Shown here: positions 10,197 through 21,981 of the stretch, in pieces
Layout: every line of letters starts with the position of its first letter
Numbering within the stretch: position 1 is the first letter of the stretch
Source of the DNA: Takakia lepidozioides
Taxonomy: Eukaryota > Plantae > Bryophyta
Length of the DNA: 25,000 nt
Assembly: GCA_030704615.1 (NCBI GenBank)
Contig: JAKLZA010000216.1
Location: 1-25,000, forward strand
Direction: 5' to 3'
Position numbers and translations under genes: made by a program
Notes under the pieces: model-generated
Seen by the model: only the letters and a program-made list of their open reading frames with translations
Databases searched by the model: none
Told to the model about the DNA's origin: nothing

Positions 10197-13100
10197 ATGG
10201 CAGCTCGCCTGCGTGTGCTGGTAGCGACTATACCCAAGGCCCTTCCATCTCATCATGTGGAAGGGGCCGGAGACCTCACCTCATGGAGCAGATCCGGCCA
10301 GACACTCTTGCAATTGATGGCAATGACGGCTTCCCGGCCTCCAGAGAAACCGAAGAAAGGTGCAGACATGAAATGAGTTGGGTATTTTGTTTGGGTCTGC
10401 AAATTGTTTGCATTGTGCGATCGAGGCTTTCTCAAGCTGAGAGCTGGAACTTTGCATACTCTTCTGTTGTTTCTATTCATTATGTCAGAGAGCGAGGGAG
10501 AGGGACTTATTACGTGCCTTGATTGTGCCAAAGTTTCTAGCCATCTGTTCGTAGAAATACCCACCAGGTTTCTTCTAAGGGTGAGAGTTATGACAAGGTT
10601 GCCGGACAAGTGACGTAAATCCCGCTTTAAGTTGTTCCACGATCTGCAGTGCACTTTAGTGCACTTTCAATAGGGCCTGAGCCAATCGGAAGCTGGCGGA
10701 CTCATGTTCTTGCAGGACTTGCATGCAGGTGGAGCACTTATCAAAGAACGTCTCTGGCAGGACTTCTTCTCAGATCCTTCACAGTGGTGGGACAACAGGT
10801 TCGATAAGGTAAGGCTATCTTCATTCAGGACGGGAGGTAATTTGTTGAGGAGGGCTGGTGACTGAAGCTGATGATGTTTTGTGAGTTGGATTGTGTCTCT
10901 AGTTGGTTAAATTAGTGACAAATTGTTTCTGGCAGTAAGTTGTTCAAGGTCATTCCTCGTTGAAAGATGCTTGGAGCTGCGGTGATTGTAGCTCATCTAT
11001 GCAAGGTTTTGCTTAAAGCTGCTCAACTGATTTTACAGAAAAGTCCAGCATCACCAGACTTCAGACATAAGCACACAAAAGAGGTCCTTTGGATTGAGGG
11101 TTGGTCAAACCCTGCTTAGGTGAAAACAGGGTTATCTACTATGCTACAAGATCAAGCACAATCTGGCAATGGTCCTAACGACGACGATCTACATTGCGGA
11201 GCTCCAGGCCAAGAACATAATGGGTACTATTCTATGATGAAAACAATTTATTTATCCTGCCTTTAGGCAAGAACTACGGATAATGTTTTGTACACTATGT
11301 GGCTTTCAACCACTGGGCTATCTGTTGGATGCTTATGCATACACAAAATATGTAGGGACTGAGTGCAACCCAAGACTAGGGTCTAGTGTACCATTATTGA
11401 CAACCCAGCTATAAAAGGGGGACCAGTTACTTTGGGTAACTTGGGACTTCGTCCTTGTAGAGGTTTGGGGTGAAGAGACACCATAATTGATGCTGGCTTC
11501 GGCAGGTGTCAACCTGTTATCTTTTTGTGTATGCGTGCAGTGGTCCTCAGGCAAGGACCCAGTGTACCATGTGTCTACTCTCAATGTGGGTGACTACTAT
11601 TAGTTTGTACCCATGTATATGTAACAAGAATCCTGTTCTCATGAAGAGATCTTTCAGTGAAGTATCTATGAGGTTGCAGATGTGTTATGTGAAATTGAGC
11701 ATAACTTTCAAGGTTTGAAATTTGAGTCGTGCAGGATGGCAGGGTTGAATGAACGACAGCTGGTTATTGGACATCAGACTGGTGGCAAATGTAGCACCTC
11801 CATCGCTCCTTGTGAAAAAGGACCAAGAGAGGCAGTCAAGAAGAACTCATCTGGCATTTGTGCGGTTGTGTTGACACTATGTAAAGCAAAGCAATTGAAA
11901 GAGGCACTGCAAATTCTGAACCAACCAGGCATTTCAGCAGACTCCAATACGTATGTCTGTCTGTTGCAGGAGTGCATCCACATGAAAAATCTAGCAGAGG
12001 GAAAGCAAGTGCATGCCCACATTATCCAAAGTGGATTCAAGCCAAACGTCCTTCTATTCAACACCCTTGTCAACATGTATGCCAGGTGTGGGAGCATGGT
12101 GGATGCACGCCAAGTTTTTGACAAAATGCCTCAGAGAGATATGTGTACATGGTCTATAATGGTAGCAGGATATTGCAAGCATGGGTGTGGTAGGGATGCA
12201 CTTGAGATCTATGAGCAAATACAAAGGGATAGGGTGACACCCAACGCAGTCACATTCACTTGTGTTCTTAATGCGTGTGCCAGGCTAGGAGCCCTGGAGA
12301 AGGGCAGAGAAATCCTTGCAGACATTCAGAAAGCCGGCATAACGGCAGATGTCATTCTGGCGAATACCCTTCTTGACATGTATGCAAAGTGCGGGACGGT
12401 AAAGGATGCACGTCGAGTGTTTGACAACATGGTGCAAAGGGATGTGATCTCATGGAGCACAATGTTTGCAGGATAGGCTCGGCATGGGTGTGGTAGGGAG
12501 GCTTTTGAGATCTATGATCAAATGATTCAGGAAGGCATGACGCCCAACAAGGTGACTCTAACTTGCATTCTCAACGCATGTGCCAGCCTAGGAGCCCTGG
12601 GAAAAGGCAAAGAGGTCCATGCCTACATTAGCAAAGCTGGACTTGTGGTAGATATCATTCTAGAGACTGCCCTTGTTGACATGTATGCCAAATGTGGGAG
12701 CATGAAGGATGCTCGTCAAGTATTTGAAAGTATTCCTCAACGAAATGTGGTCTCATGGAGTGCGATGATGGCAGGATGTGCCCAACATGGGTGTGCTAAG
12801 GAGGCTGTGCAACTATTTGAACAAATGCAAGAAGAAGGATTGATCCCAGACTGTGTCATCTTCAATTCTCTTCTCTCCGCATGTAGCCATGTCGGGCGAG
12901 TGGATGAAGGCCTTCAATACTTTGATTCCATGAGCCAAAATTATGGCCTCACTCCTACACTGGAGCATTTTGGTTGTATGGTGGACCTCCTAGGTCGTGG
13001 AGGACGATTGAACAAGGCAGAGGACTTCATTAACAAAATGCCAATTGAAGCAGATGCCTCAGTGTGGGGGGCTTTTCTTAGTGCCTGCAGAGTTCATGGC

Positions 13101-13383
13101 AATGTGGACTTTGCACAGCGCGCGGCAAAATGACTTCTCAAGTGGGATCTCCGTCATGGTAAGGTAGAAAATGTCTATGCTGCAGCTGGCAGGGTAAGGT
13201 AAAGATATGGAGAATGATGGCAGACGTTCATCGATAAAGAGCCAGCGTACACCTGCATGGAGGTCGGCAGGTGCCGATGTCGTTGTAGACGACAAATGGT
13301 GTCCACAACTTGCAGAAATTCATACTGAGCTGAAGAGAGTAAGGTATGCATCTGACATGTGATTTGTAATGCATGGTGTGAAA
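10197..13383 (+). pseudogene. PLS-class PPR (E/truncated DYW) gene with N-terminal OSB-type PDF motif; three in-frame stops
   Basis: Frame-preserving GT-AG model: 10197-10359, 10729-10808, 11039-11223, 11735-13133+. Exons 2-3 encode LWQDFFSDPSQWWDNRFDK|KSPASPDFRHKHTKEVLWIEGWSNPA*V (PDF motif). Exon 4 encodes L-S-P-L-S-P-L-S-P2-L2-S2 repeats and E1 (VWGAFLSACRVHGN). Degenerate E2/E+ and the start of DYW follow (NVYAAAGR; KEPAYTCMEV; VVDDKWCPQLAEIHTELKR; YASDM*FVMHGV). Stops at 11117-11119, 12474-12476 and 13131-13133. Confidence 0.85.
10729..11125 (+). other. PDF motif (organellar ssDNA-binding OSB-family C-terminal motif), split by one intron
   Basis: W-x-x-FF-x-x-P-x-x-WWDNR-x-x-K-x-x-P-x-x-PDF-[KR]-HK-x-T-x-E-x-LW-x(5)-P-x-W-V matches the PDF motif of plant OSB proteins. 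The final Trp is mutated to TAG. Confidence 0.85.
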
Positions 13384-14479
13384 GGGGACTTGAGAAACAT
13401 GAAATTTGGACCCACCTCTAAGGCGTAGAAGTTACTATGCCCTTGTGACATTTGAAGATTCACTCACCAACAAGCATGACTAAGCAGTGGGAGTTACATT
13501 CAAAGCGTGGGCCTGAAGATCTCGTGTGAGGAGCTGTGCTCTAGCACCAGACCTTCAAAAGCATATGCATGGGATAAGAGTCCATAGGTATGGAAAAGTT
13601 TAATCTGTGGGACTGCCCAACTAGACTGTTCTTAGTGCATTCTGTTGTAAACAGTGTTGTGTTGCTTTTCAAGCTTGAACATGAATAATCTAAAGGAAAG
13701 CAGAGCTAAAAATCTGACAGGGAAAGTGATGCTCTTTTTAAAGAAACTTGATGTTGCAGATACAAGGCTTGGTTCCAGGTCAGGTCCTAAATTAGGGACC
13801 GTAGCTGAGATGGCACTTGTCCATTAGGGACCCAAACATTGGACTGTTGCTCTAAGAAATAATGTCAAGTAGTGCCTGCAGTATGATCACAATGAGGGTA
13901 TGGCCACCATAACATAACAGCACTAGACCTCACATGCTGCCAATCTGTTGTCTCATTGCATTTGAGTGGTATTTTATGGGTGGGAGCTGAGGAATTTGTT
14001 TCAGAAATTGAGAGACAACGGGGGTGAGAGAGAAAGGGATTGGAAGCAAATTTTCTTCGGGTACCTTTGAGTGTTCTGGTTCTTTTTATTGGTTCAGTTC
14101 TGGTTATGGGTTAGTTGTTAAACAAAGACACCGGTTCTGGTTAGACTCTGATATAATTTTATTTTTTTATTTTATCAGTCTGGAAAATAAGACAAATTCC
14201 CTGGTCACATTGAATGATCAGGAATTTGAACTAAGTAACACAGTGAAAAAAATTATTAGTTTTCATAAAACAGAAGTACACTCAGGGCTTATATGAAAGC
14301 GGGTTAACATTTCCCCTCCTCTGTAAAGGGCCTGAACTGTGAGCTGTTGCTCCCTGTGGAAAGGATGTGGATGCTTTTTGTAACCTTGTTATTTTATGTG
14401 AAAAGGTATATACCTTTGCAGATGATGAACCATAATTCTCTTCTCTAAGGTAAGATTTAGGAGCTCTCGAATCCCAGCA

Positions 14480-16243
14480 ACTGCATGCTTCTCATGCATC
14501 ACCAACAATCCCCTGACCACCCACATCCCCTTCTACAACTTCCCCCGGTAGCTGCCATTGAACTCAACCACCTCCGATATATGCACAACCTGCCCTTCCC
14601 TAGATACTTACGCCACAAAGAACCCACCCTTACCCTACTTTTATTGGTCCAAAATCCCTCCAGTACCTCCATACCCCGGGACTTCTCCACCAGCCTTAAA
14701 ATTCTCATGTCCGGACGACTGCTCCCAGGCTAAAAGCAAATCAAGCTTGGGCTAAAGCACCCCCTCGTCCCACTACCTGATATCACCTCCTCTGACGCCC
14801 CGGTGTACTTAGGGCACACTTCCCCCAAATACCGCCTACTCCATTCACATTATACTGACAGATCCCACTCCAGCTCCAACGCCGGGTATAGCGTCTACCA
14901 TGCTGCCACTAACAAAGGAACTGTTCACAGACTACCCGGACCCGCAACCATACTACGGGAGCTTATGGCTATCTTTGAAGCTCTCTCCCAATCAACCCCG
15001 TTTCTTCCACCATACTATATTTTTATGGACAGCCTAACCTCACTTTTCCTGCTTCGTAACCACCTTGCTTATCCTTCCTCCCATCATCACCACCCTGATC
15101 GTAACCCTATCTCTGTATTATCATTCTTGCCATCTCCATTCATAAACCTATTCATTTCATCAAAGTTCGTTCACACACCGGTATTAACAGCAACGAGGAG
15201 GCAGACCTCCTCACTCAGCTGGGGGCATCCAAACCCCCGGTTGAACCCTTGACCGACCCCATCCACATTGCCCATGCTCATCCTTTCTGGCTAATTCATC
15301 CGGTTCCGGACCTTCATGAACCCTGACCTATACGAAACCTATTCTCTATCCTGACTAAAGAAGCCAACAAACAAGCCTCCTCTTTTCTCAGCCATACCAA
15401 ACTCCATATCCAAAAATGGACACAATCCACTGTACTCCACCACAAAATTTCAAACCACTTTTGGCACACTAAAGCCGCATCTGATGCTCAAATACGCCAA
15501 ACACTTAAATTCAGATACGCCCAGTATATGGGCCACCAGCATAAGTACACCTTCTGGCCAAACCTTTATCCCTCCCCAAACTGCCCACTCTGCTCCCACA
15601 TCCATACGATCCGCGATATTTGGCCCCATCTTCTTAATAAATGTCCCTACCCCGTCATCCATGGGCTCTGTATTGCCCGGCATAACCATTCCGTATGGCA
15701 CATCCACAAACTAGTAATGCGCCGCAACGATACCAGATGGTTCTTACTCATCAATGCTGGCACATACCAAGGCCGACCCCCAGACCTTACGGTGCCGACC
15801 TGGCTCCTGCCCTGTGTATATCGACCCCGCTCATCTTGCACATGCCCTGCTAGACTCTGCCCAGACATTCTGCTGATCCAGGGACTCCCCATTAATGCCT
15901 CCCACCGTCCGACCCAACCCAAACCCTCACCATACACTTCATCGAATTTATTTACTGCCACGACCGCTATCCCAGCTCCTCCATTCTCGAAAAACGTCAG
16001 AAGTATGCACCACTCATCCTGGCCATCCGCCGGCGTGGCTAAAACACATGCCACTTACTGTCATCACTGTCGGCACCAGAGGGGGCATCCATAACGCCAA
16101 CATCTCCTCACTCCAGAACAATTCTAAACTCCTCGTTATCTCTATACATAAATGCTTTAAACTCATACACCTCACAGCACTCCGATCTCTCACGGCTACC
16201 ATTACCAACAAACGACAACTTGAATCCAATTCAGCACCTGAGC

Positions 16244-16246
<3 letters not shown>
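14480..16246 (+). mobile_element. 5'-truncated non-LTR retrotransposon fragment with RNase H, CCHC knuckle and restriction-like endonuclease (Dualen/RandI-like)
   Basis: RNase H: YTDRS (14851), RELMAI, IFMDSL, then frameshifted KVRSHTGINSNEEAD. Next comes CPLC..DIWPHLLNKC..ARHN (knuckle + RHN), CPDILLI, EFIYCHD, KRQKYAPL and ITVGTRGGI, the RLE signature series. Several frameshifts; no RT domain visible; the 5' boundary is approximate. Confidence 0.75.
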
Positions 16247-16289
<43 letters not shown>

Positions 16290-16330
16290 CGCTCCCCCTC
16301 TCCCCCCCTCTCTCTCTCTCTCTCTCTCTC
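16247..16330 (+). repeat. Interrupted (CT)n microsatellite
   Basis: Two CT runs separated by a C-rich spacer, immediately after the end of the retrotransposon coding remnant. Confidence 0.95.
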
Positions 16331-16684
16331 GGGAGACATCCCTCCGTTGAGGAGGTGGAGTACGCCAAGATCCATGAGTACGCTAGCCTCATTCCACGCA
16401 TAAAGGCATGTAAGATGCCTCAAGAATATGATGAGGAAGAAGAGTGGCAATAGTGAGGGTAGTGAGAGTGATGATAGTCATGTGAGTGAGAGTGAGACCG
16501 ACGGTGATGGTGACCCCGATGGTGATGACGGTAGTGAGGGATTTAGCCCCGGGAGTTCGGAGGGCCAGGTAAGTAGTAGGGATGATGTACACGACGTTTG
16601 AGGTCAATTTTACATATATATATATACGCATGCACATGATGTGGTGTTCTCTCATTTATACTAAATATGCACAATCCCCATATT

Positions 16685-17295
16685 CCCTAAATCTAACCCT
16701 AACCCTAAACTCCCAATCCTAATTCGGGCCTGGTGCGACCTCCCAGACATCGCAAATCTACAAAACAAAAGAAACCAGACACTCTGCGACGCCTAGGGGG
16801 CCGCCTTAAATTCGCTTTGAAAAAATAACCGTCGTAGGTTTAATACGACGCCCGATAGAGGCCACCCATATATTTTCTTTTTAAAAAAAATGTGTCGCAG
16901 GTTTACTGCGACGCCCATGCCGTCGCACCAGGAACACATATTGGGCCCCCCAAAAGCGTCGCAGGTTTACTGCGATGCTCATGCCGTCACAGGCGAGGCT
17001 CCCGAAAGGAAAAATAAATAAAAATACAATAATCCGATAGGAAAAAAAACAAAAAACAAAAAACAATTACCCGAAAGGCGTCACAGATGCGAGCACCTTT
17101 GAAAAGAAAAATTCCAATTAAAAAAAAGTGAAAAGCATCGCAGTTTTATTGCAACGCAAGAAAAGTCACAATAATGGATTAAATATTTTTTAATATACAA
17201 TATTTATCTAAAAACATAAAATAAAAAACAGTCGCACGGAAACGGTGACGGCAGGGACGACGCATGGCGGGAGCGATGCACAGAGCGTCGCTTAG
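16685..17295. repeat. Cluster of GTCGCAG-N5-CTGCGAC dyad repeats with telomere-like motifs; probable DNA-transposon subterminal region
   Basis: Dyads at 16831-16851, 16894-16912, 16956-16978 and 17135-17157, plus scattered GCGACG/CGTCGC half-sites. CCCTAAA/CCCTAA motifs at 16685-16709. No terminal repeat identified. Confidence 0.5.
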
Positions 17296-17483
17296 AAGTA
17301 TTAGACCCACACTTGGAGCTGATCCGGCACTGCTTCGTTCTTACTATAATACTAAACAGTTGCACCTTCACATGAAGATACACCTGCTGTTTTAAGTGTT
17401 TAATACATGGGCAATACCCCCTAATAATGTCTGGATAATATCAAGAGCCTAAACATAATTACCAACGGCTACTTAGTCAGGTA

Positions 17484-17515
17484 CCGTGGCACTTCAGGGC
17501 CGTGGCACTTCAGGG
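17484..17515 (+). repeat. Perfect 16-bp tandem duplication (CCGTGGCACTTCAGGG x2)
   Basis: Directly visible, about 160 bp upstream of the SSNA1 start codon. Confidence 0.9.
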
Positions 17516-17675
17516 CAGCGGCCCTACCGTCATCGATTGATCTTGCATCCAACGCACTGCATGTCACCATCTCTTAACAATCCGTTCTGCCCTAATATCA
17601 GCTCATCACTTGTTTGCAAAATCTAGGAGTTTTATGTCACCAGTCTTGTACTTTTTGGGTTGGTCCCCTCGAAAC

Positions 17676-20056
17676 ATGGCTTTGAAAGGCGTGGCATTGC
17701 AAAATTACAACTCAGAGCTTATTCACCGTACGCTCTTTATCTTCCCCAACCTTTTTTTTCTCTCTCTCCACCATGTCACAATACTGTTTCAAGTTGATAA
17801 AAGTATACCTAAATTGATAATAAGCTATAAATGTATATTCACTAAAGGTTTTTCTGCTTATTATTGGCCTGACATGTTAATTACGAATAGAGATCAATTA
17901 ATTAGGTGGTCATTGTAATGAAATAATATTTATGCTTTTAAAGATATTTTTGAATTACATGAGAATTCAGTAGTACAGTATAATACTATTATGTTGGTTT
18001 ACATTTTATACTATGCAAACGCTGATATTTTGGCTTTTTAAGGACAATGAACTATATATTTGGCTCTTAAAAATATTCATAAATATATCAAAAATTGATA
18101 TGTGTATATCGAATCTAAAACTTTAAATAGACTTGATATATATTGAAAATTAAAATAAATGATTATAAATATTTGTTTTTAAAAAAATCAAGCAATAATC
18201 TTGTAGATCCTAAATGACTTAAGCAATATAAATTGACTTCCTAATTGTTTTTTAAATTCGTGATATTGTAAGTTTCAAACTTAGACCTTAAGAAAACAGG
18301 CTAGATGGTATTATCTTGTTTATTGAAGGTCAATACCTAATCTATAAAGTACTTATAGAAAACTGAGGCATGATATGTTTGCGTTGCATCGCTCTAGTAC
18401 ACATAACTTGTTTAGTTGATATGACTGATTGAACAAAAACCGAAAGGGAAACTGCATATAATTTCCACCAAAATGCGTGCAAGCTTCATGCTGGTCTTGT
18501 TCTAATTAAATCATGAATGAAATTAATTTAGGCATCGAGGAGTTACGGGAGAAAAGAGATGAGATCAAAAAGATATTGCAGGTTGAGGAAGAAGAGAAGG
18601 CCAACATCCAAAATGACCTTATAGTACTCACAAAACGATTAGCTGAGATAGATGATTCTTTGTCACGCAAATATGCCTACACCAATGAATATGATAAAAC
18701 CATCCATGAGGTTGAAGCGGCATATTCTAAAGTGCGTGTCTTTTCTCTCTTCCACATGTTTTTTGTCATTTTATTGTTTTATTGTTCTTTCAATTGAGTA
18801 CAGTATTATAAAATCAAATCTGATGAAGGCACCAACAATCCATTAAAATTGAAAATATCAACAAAATGATATACACTTTGGTTTTTGAAATTTAAAACAA
18901 ATTGAATTATGAGTAAACATGTACAAAGGTTTACTCATAAATGGACATGTTCAAATTTGAAGTAGTAGTAACAAAATAATGAATAAATATGTGAAGAAAA
19001 ACAAAATGGCTGATACCATTTGTTATGCATCAACAATTATGCATCAAACTAAATTGTGATGAATTGTTGAACAAAAAGAAAACAACATTAATTGATAGTT
19101 GAATGTTTGGGCTATAAATTGTGTACACATTTTCATTGTCAACACAAATAGCTTATAATACTCAATCAAAGCTATGTATCATCTGAATAATAATATCATC
19201 AATGCACAATATTAGAATATTTGTCCATAATTAACAATATTTAGTCATTTTATTTAATAAAACACAAAAGATTGATGCATTATCAACTACTATTGATAGA
19301 ATCATACATTTAATTACAACTTGACATTCAATTACATTGTCAAGTTGGGGATCAATTATCAATGTGCAGCACATAAAATGCATAGTTTTAAATCATGTTT
19401 CAGACGTTGGATCCATAACAAACATTGTTGATATGGTCACGAAATGAAATTTGAGTCTCCAACTGATCAATGTAATAAAACAACTTCAAATATATGAGTA
19501 TTTTTTTAAATCTTGGATTTGTTTATATTATTTTAAAATTGAGAAACTACAATGAAAGAGTAGAACAATGAAGAATATATTAAAATCATCTTAATGTTGA
19601 TGGTGATCAATTTAAGAACGTGTTGTTATGTAACCCATATCAATCGTCAAATGTTTGATGTCATGTAAAACTTGAAATCGCTAGTCTAGTGTGGAAAAAA
19701 ATTCCATAACCTCCCCACTATTACGTTTCCTCAAGCTTTAGGGAAAGTTGAATTGGTCTTTATATGATATATTTTTGAAAAGAAGATATCAATGTTGTTT
19801 TGAGACTTGTATGATGACGGAAAATGAATCTAACTACAAATATGGGAAGTTGGGAACGGTGTGTGATAAGATACCATTACCCATGGTGGATTGGGGTGGG
19901 CAGGATTTAACCAACATGATGAGAGATCTTGCCACATTCAACGTCACAGGCTTGAGTTTGTGAGTGGATGTTGGCTCTTTGCAGATATTGGAGAGCTCGC
20001 AGGCTCTTTTGCATGTGCTTAAAAGCGAAACTATTCAAATTACAAACAAAAGATAG
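17676..20056 (+). CDS. SSNA1: SSNA1/DIP13/NA14 centriole- and flagellum-associated coiled-coil protein, 107 aa, 3 exons
   Basis: Exons 17676-17727, 18532-18731 and 19985-20056, with GT-AG introns in consistent phase (324 nt including stop). Protein: MALKGVALQNYNSELIHRIEELREKRDEIKKILQVEEEEKANIQNDLIVLTKRLAEIDDSLSRKYAYTNEYDKTIHEVEAAYSKILESSQALLHVLKSETIQITNKR. It matches SSNA1 motifs LQNYNxEL..IEEL and YDxTIxExEAAYxKILESSQxLLxVLK. Confidence 0.93.
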
Positions 20057-21043
20057 ACCAAATATTTTTCTTCTAAGTAGTACAATAATATACATCATTT
20101 TGTTGTTTTGAGTTACCATTTGTGTAGCTAGTCTATAGTTAGAAGTTTTCTCCACCATACCTGAAGTTTTGTAATTTATTTATACATATTATAGTCCTAC
20201 AAAACAAAAAGTCATATGTGGATATGACCTCATTGTGCAATGAGTCACTTGTATAATTTATCCTATTATTTTCATGATGAAGATGATAAAAAAAATCTTA
20301 AGATTTATGTACTACGTACTCGTACGTTCATTCTTAGTTTTAGTATACAATTAAGTTTGCAAATGACTAAGCTTTCATATATATATGTTATTATGGTGAT
20401 AAATTGATTTCATTAGCTTTAAAACAAGTTTGATTTAACATAATAATGTCAGCTTGAAAGCCTTCGACTATTTATTAGATGTCACCTGAACATTTCACCA
20501 TTTAATATCAAAAGGTTCCCTAGCATCATAGCTTGTAATTTCTACACCTTTCACAAAGTGCTGACATTAGTAGAAACTCATGTTTTCAACAATGAACAAA
20601 TTTGATTTTTCTTATATTTTTTTATTGATTTTCTTTAATCTCTCCTAGTTCTCTATCAGTTTGGTTCGTCTGCATCCTTCGTACTTTCTGATCATGGTGT
20701 GGTGCCCATTTGTAAGTCTCCATGGTTATTTTGCATTGTTTTTTTTTGTTTTTTTTTTTAAATCTTAAGGGGTCTATTCATCTTTTTAAAATAAAATAAA
20801 ATAAATTGACAATATATCTTCTCTCATCTTTAACTCAACACAAGTATTTATGGTGGAGAAGATTCTGAAGTGAATTGGTGGCATTGATGTAGTTTTAGGA
20901 AAGAAAAACCAAAAGCACGGTTGTCTTTTGAGCCCTACAAGCGTAGAAGCGGTAGCTTTTGACTTTTTCTTTCTGCTTACTAGTCATTTCTATTGTCACT
21001 TCTCTATCCTGGGGTTCTCGGTTACATGGCGGAATAAAATCTA

Positions 21044-21981
21044 TTCATCGACGAGATGATGGTAAAGTATAAGAGGAAGTACTGTAATTTACATTAGTAT
21101 ATGGCCAAAAAACTTGTCAAGTGGGGAATTAATATCTGGTGCCTTGCAAATGCTAAAAGTACTAGGTACGTTCAGAAGCTGGAAGGGTATTTGAAAAAAG
21201 ATGAGGGGCTGGATTGAGTCATGACATAGGCTGTTCAGTAATGACCCGACTTCTTCTAAATTTGAAGGTAAAATGTACATTATCTCTATGGATATTTTTT
21301 CCTTTAGCCCTTTTCTCTTCTATGACTTAGAAGAGAATGACATCTATGTAATTGACACAGTAAAAAATGTTCGTGTGGGATTTCCAAGTTGTCTGGATTT
21401 AGGCCAAAAGAAAAAGAAATGGCTACAATGACGCATGCATATTTCTTAGAAGATATGCATTGACATAGTTTGGTCTAGGAAATGTGTTCACTTGCTTTTT
21501 ACTACTGTTTGCCTTGTTGATCGTAATTGTTTTTACCAGATGTTGCCACACTACGGCACGCCGCCTTGTGCCCACCTCAAGATCATATGAAGGGAATGGA
21601 TGTGCAAGACCAGTTACGCAGATATTATAATGTACAAACTCGTGAACACAAGTGGTAGCACAAACTGTACTTCCATTCTGTGGACACAAGTTTGGTTATT
21701 GGCTATATATATCTCTACCAACAATTATTGGTAGCAAGGGGTTGCATCCTTCTATCACATCTACTTTTCAATTTAGAGGTGGCTAATGGTTTGATTGGTG
21801 GATGGGTTGGTCCCAAGAGAACAATCATGGCGGGCATGTTTAGTGAATCCCGTGGCACTCCACTTCTTTATGAAAAGTAGCAAGAGAAGGAAGTGTCTCA
21901 TATGGTGCAAGACGAAGGTACTTCTGCTCTGTATGTGAAGATGTCTCCATTTGCTTGGGGGCATGCTTTGTTAATCACCAC
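21044..21981 (+). mobile_element. piggyBac-superfamily (DDE_Tnp_1_7, PGBD4-like) transposase pseudogene
   Basis: FIDEMMVKYKRKYCNLH*YMAKKLVKWGINIWCLANA (first catalytic D); EGKMYIISMD..FSPFLFYDLEENDIYVIDTVKNVRVGFP (second D); RMH..W..VHLL; MKGMDVQDQLRRYY..HKW*HKLYF (third D region); C-terminal Cys-rich domain KRRKCLI..RYFCSVCEDVSICLGACFVNHH. Stops and frameshifts present. A candidate right end GGG-TTAA lies at 22773-22779. Confidence 0.85.

Noticed and set aside
11330-11630. Solo LTR in PPR intron 3 (TATAAAAG motif)
   Set aside because: No definable TG...CA boundaries or TSD.
11117-13133. Stops in the PPR gene repaired by U-to-C RNA editing
   Set aside because: This is a nuclear gene and such editing is organellar. 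The expected residues at 11117 (Trp) and 12474 (Tyr) also cannot be produced from TAG by U-to-C.
16202-16453. ORFs with SL/ER dipeptide repeats
   Set aside because: Translations of the (CT)n microsatellite.
16685-16722. Interstitial telomere
   Set aside because: Only three or four degenerate CCCTAA(A) units. This is too short, and such motifs are common near plant transposon ends.
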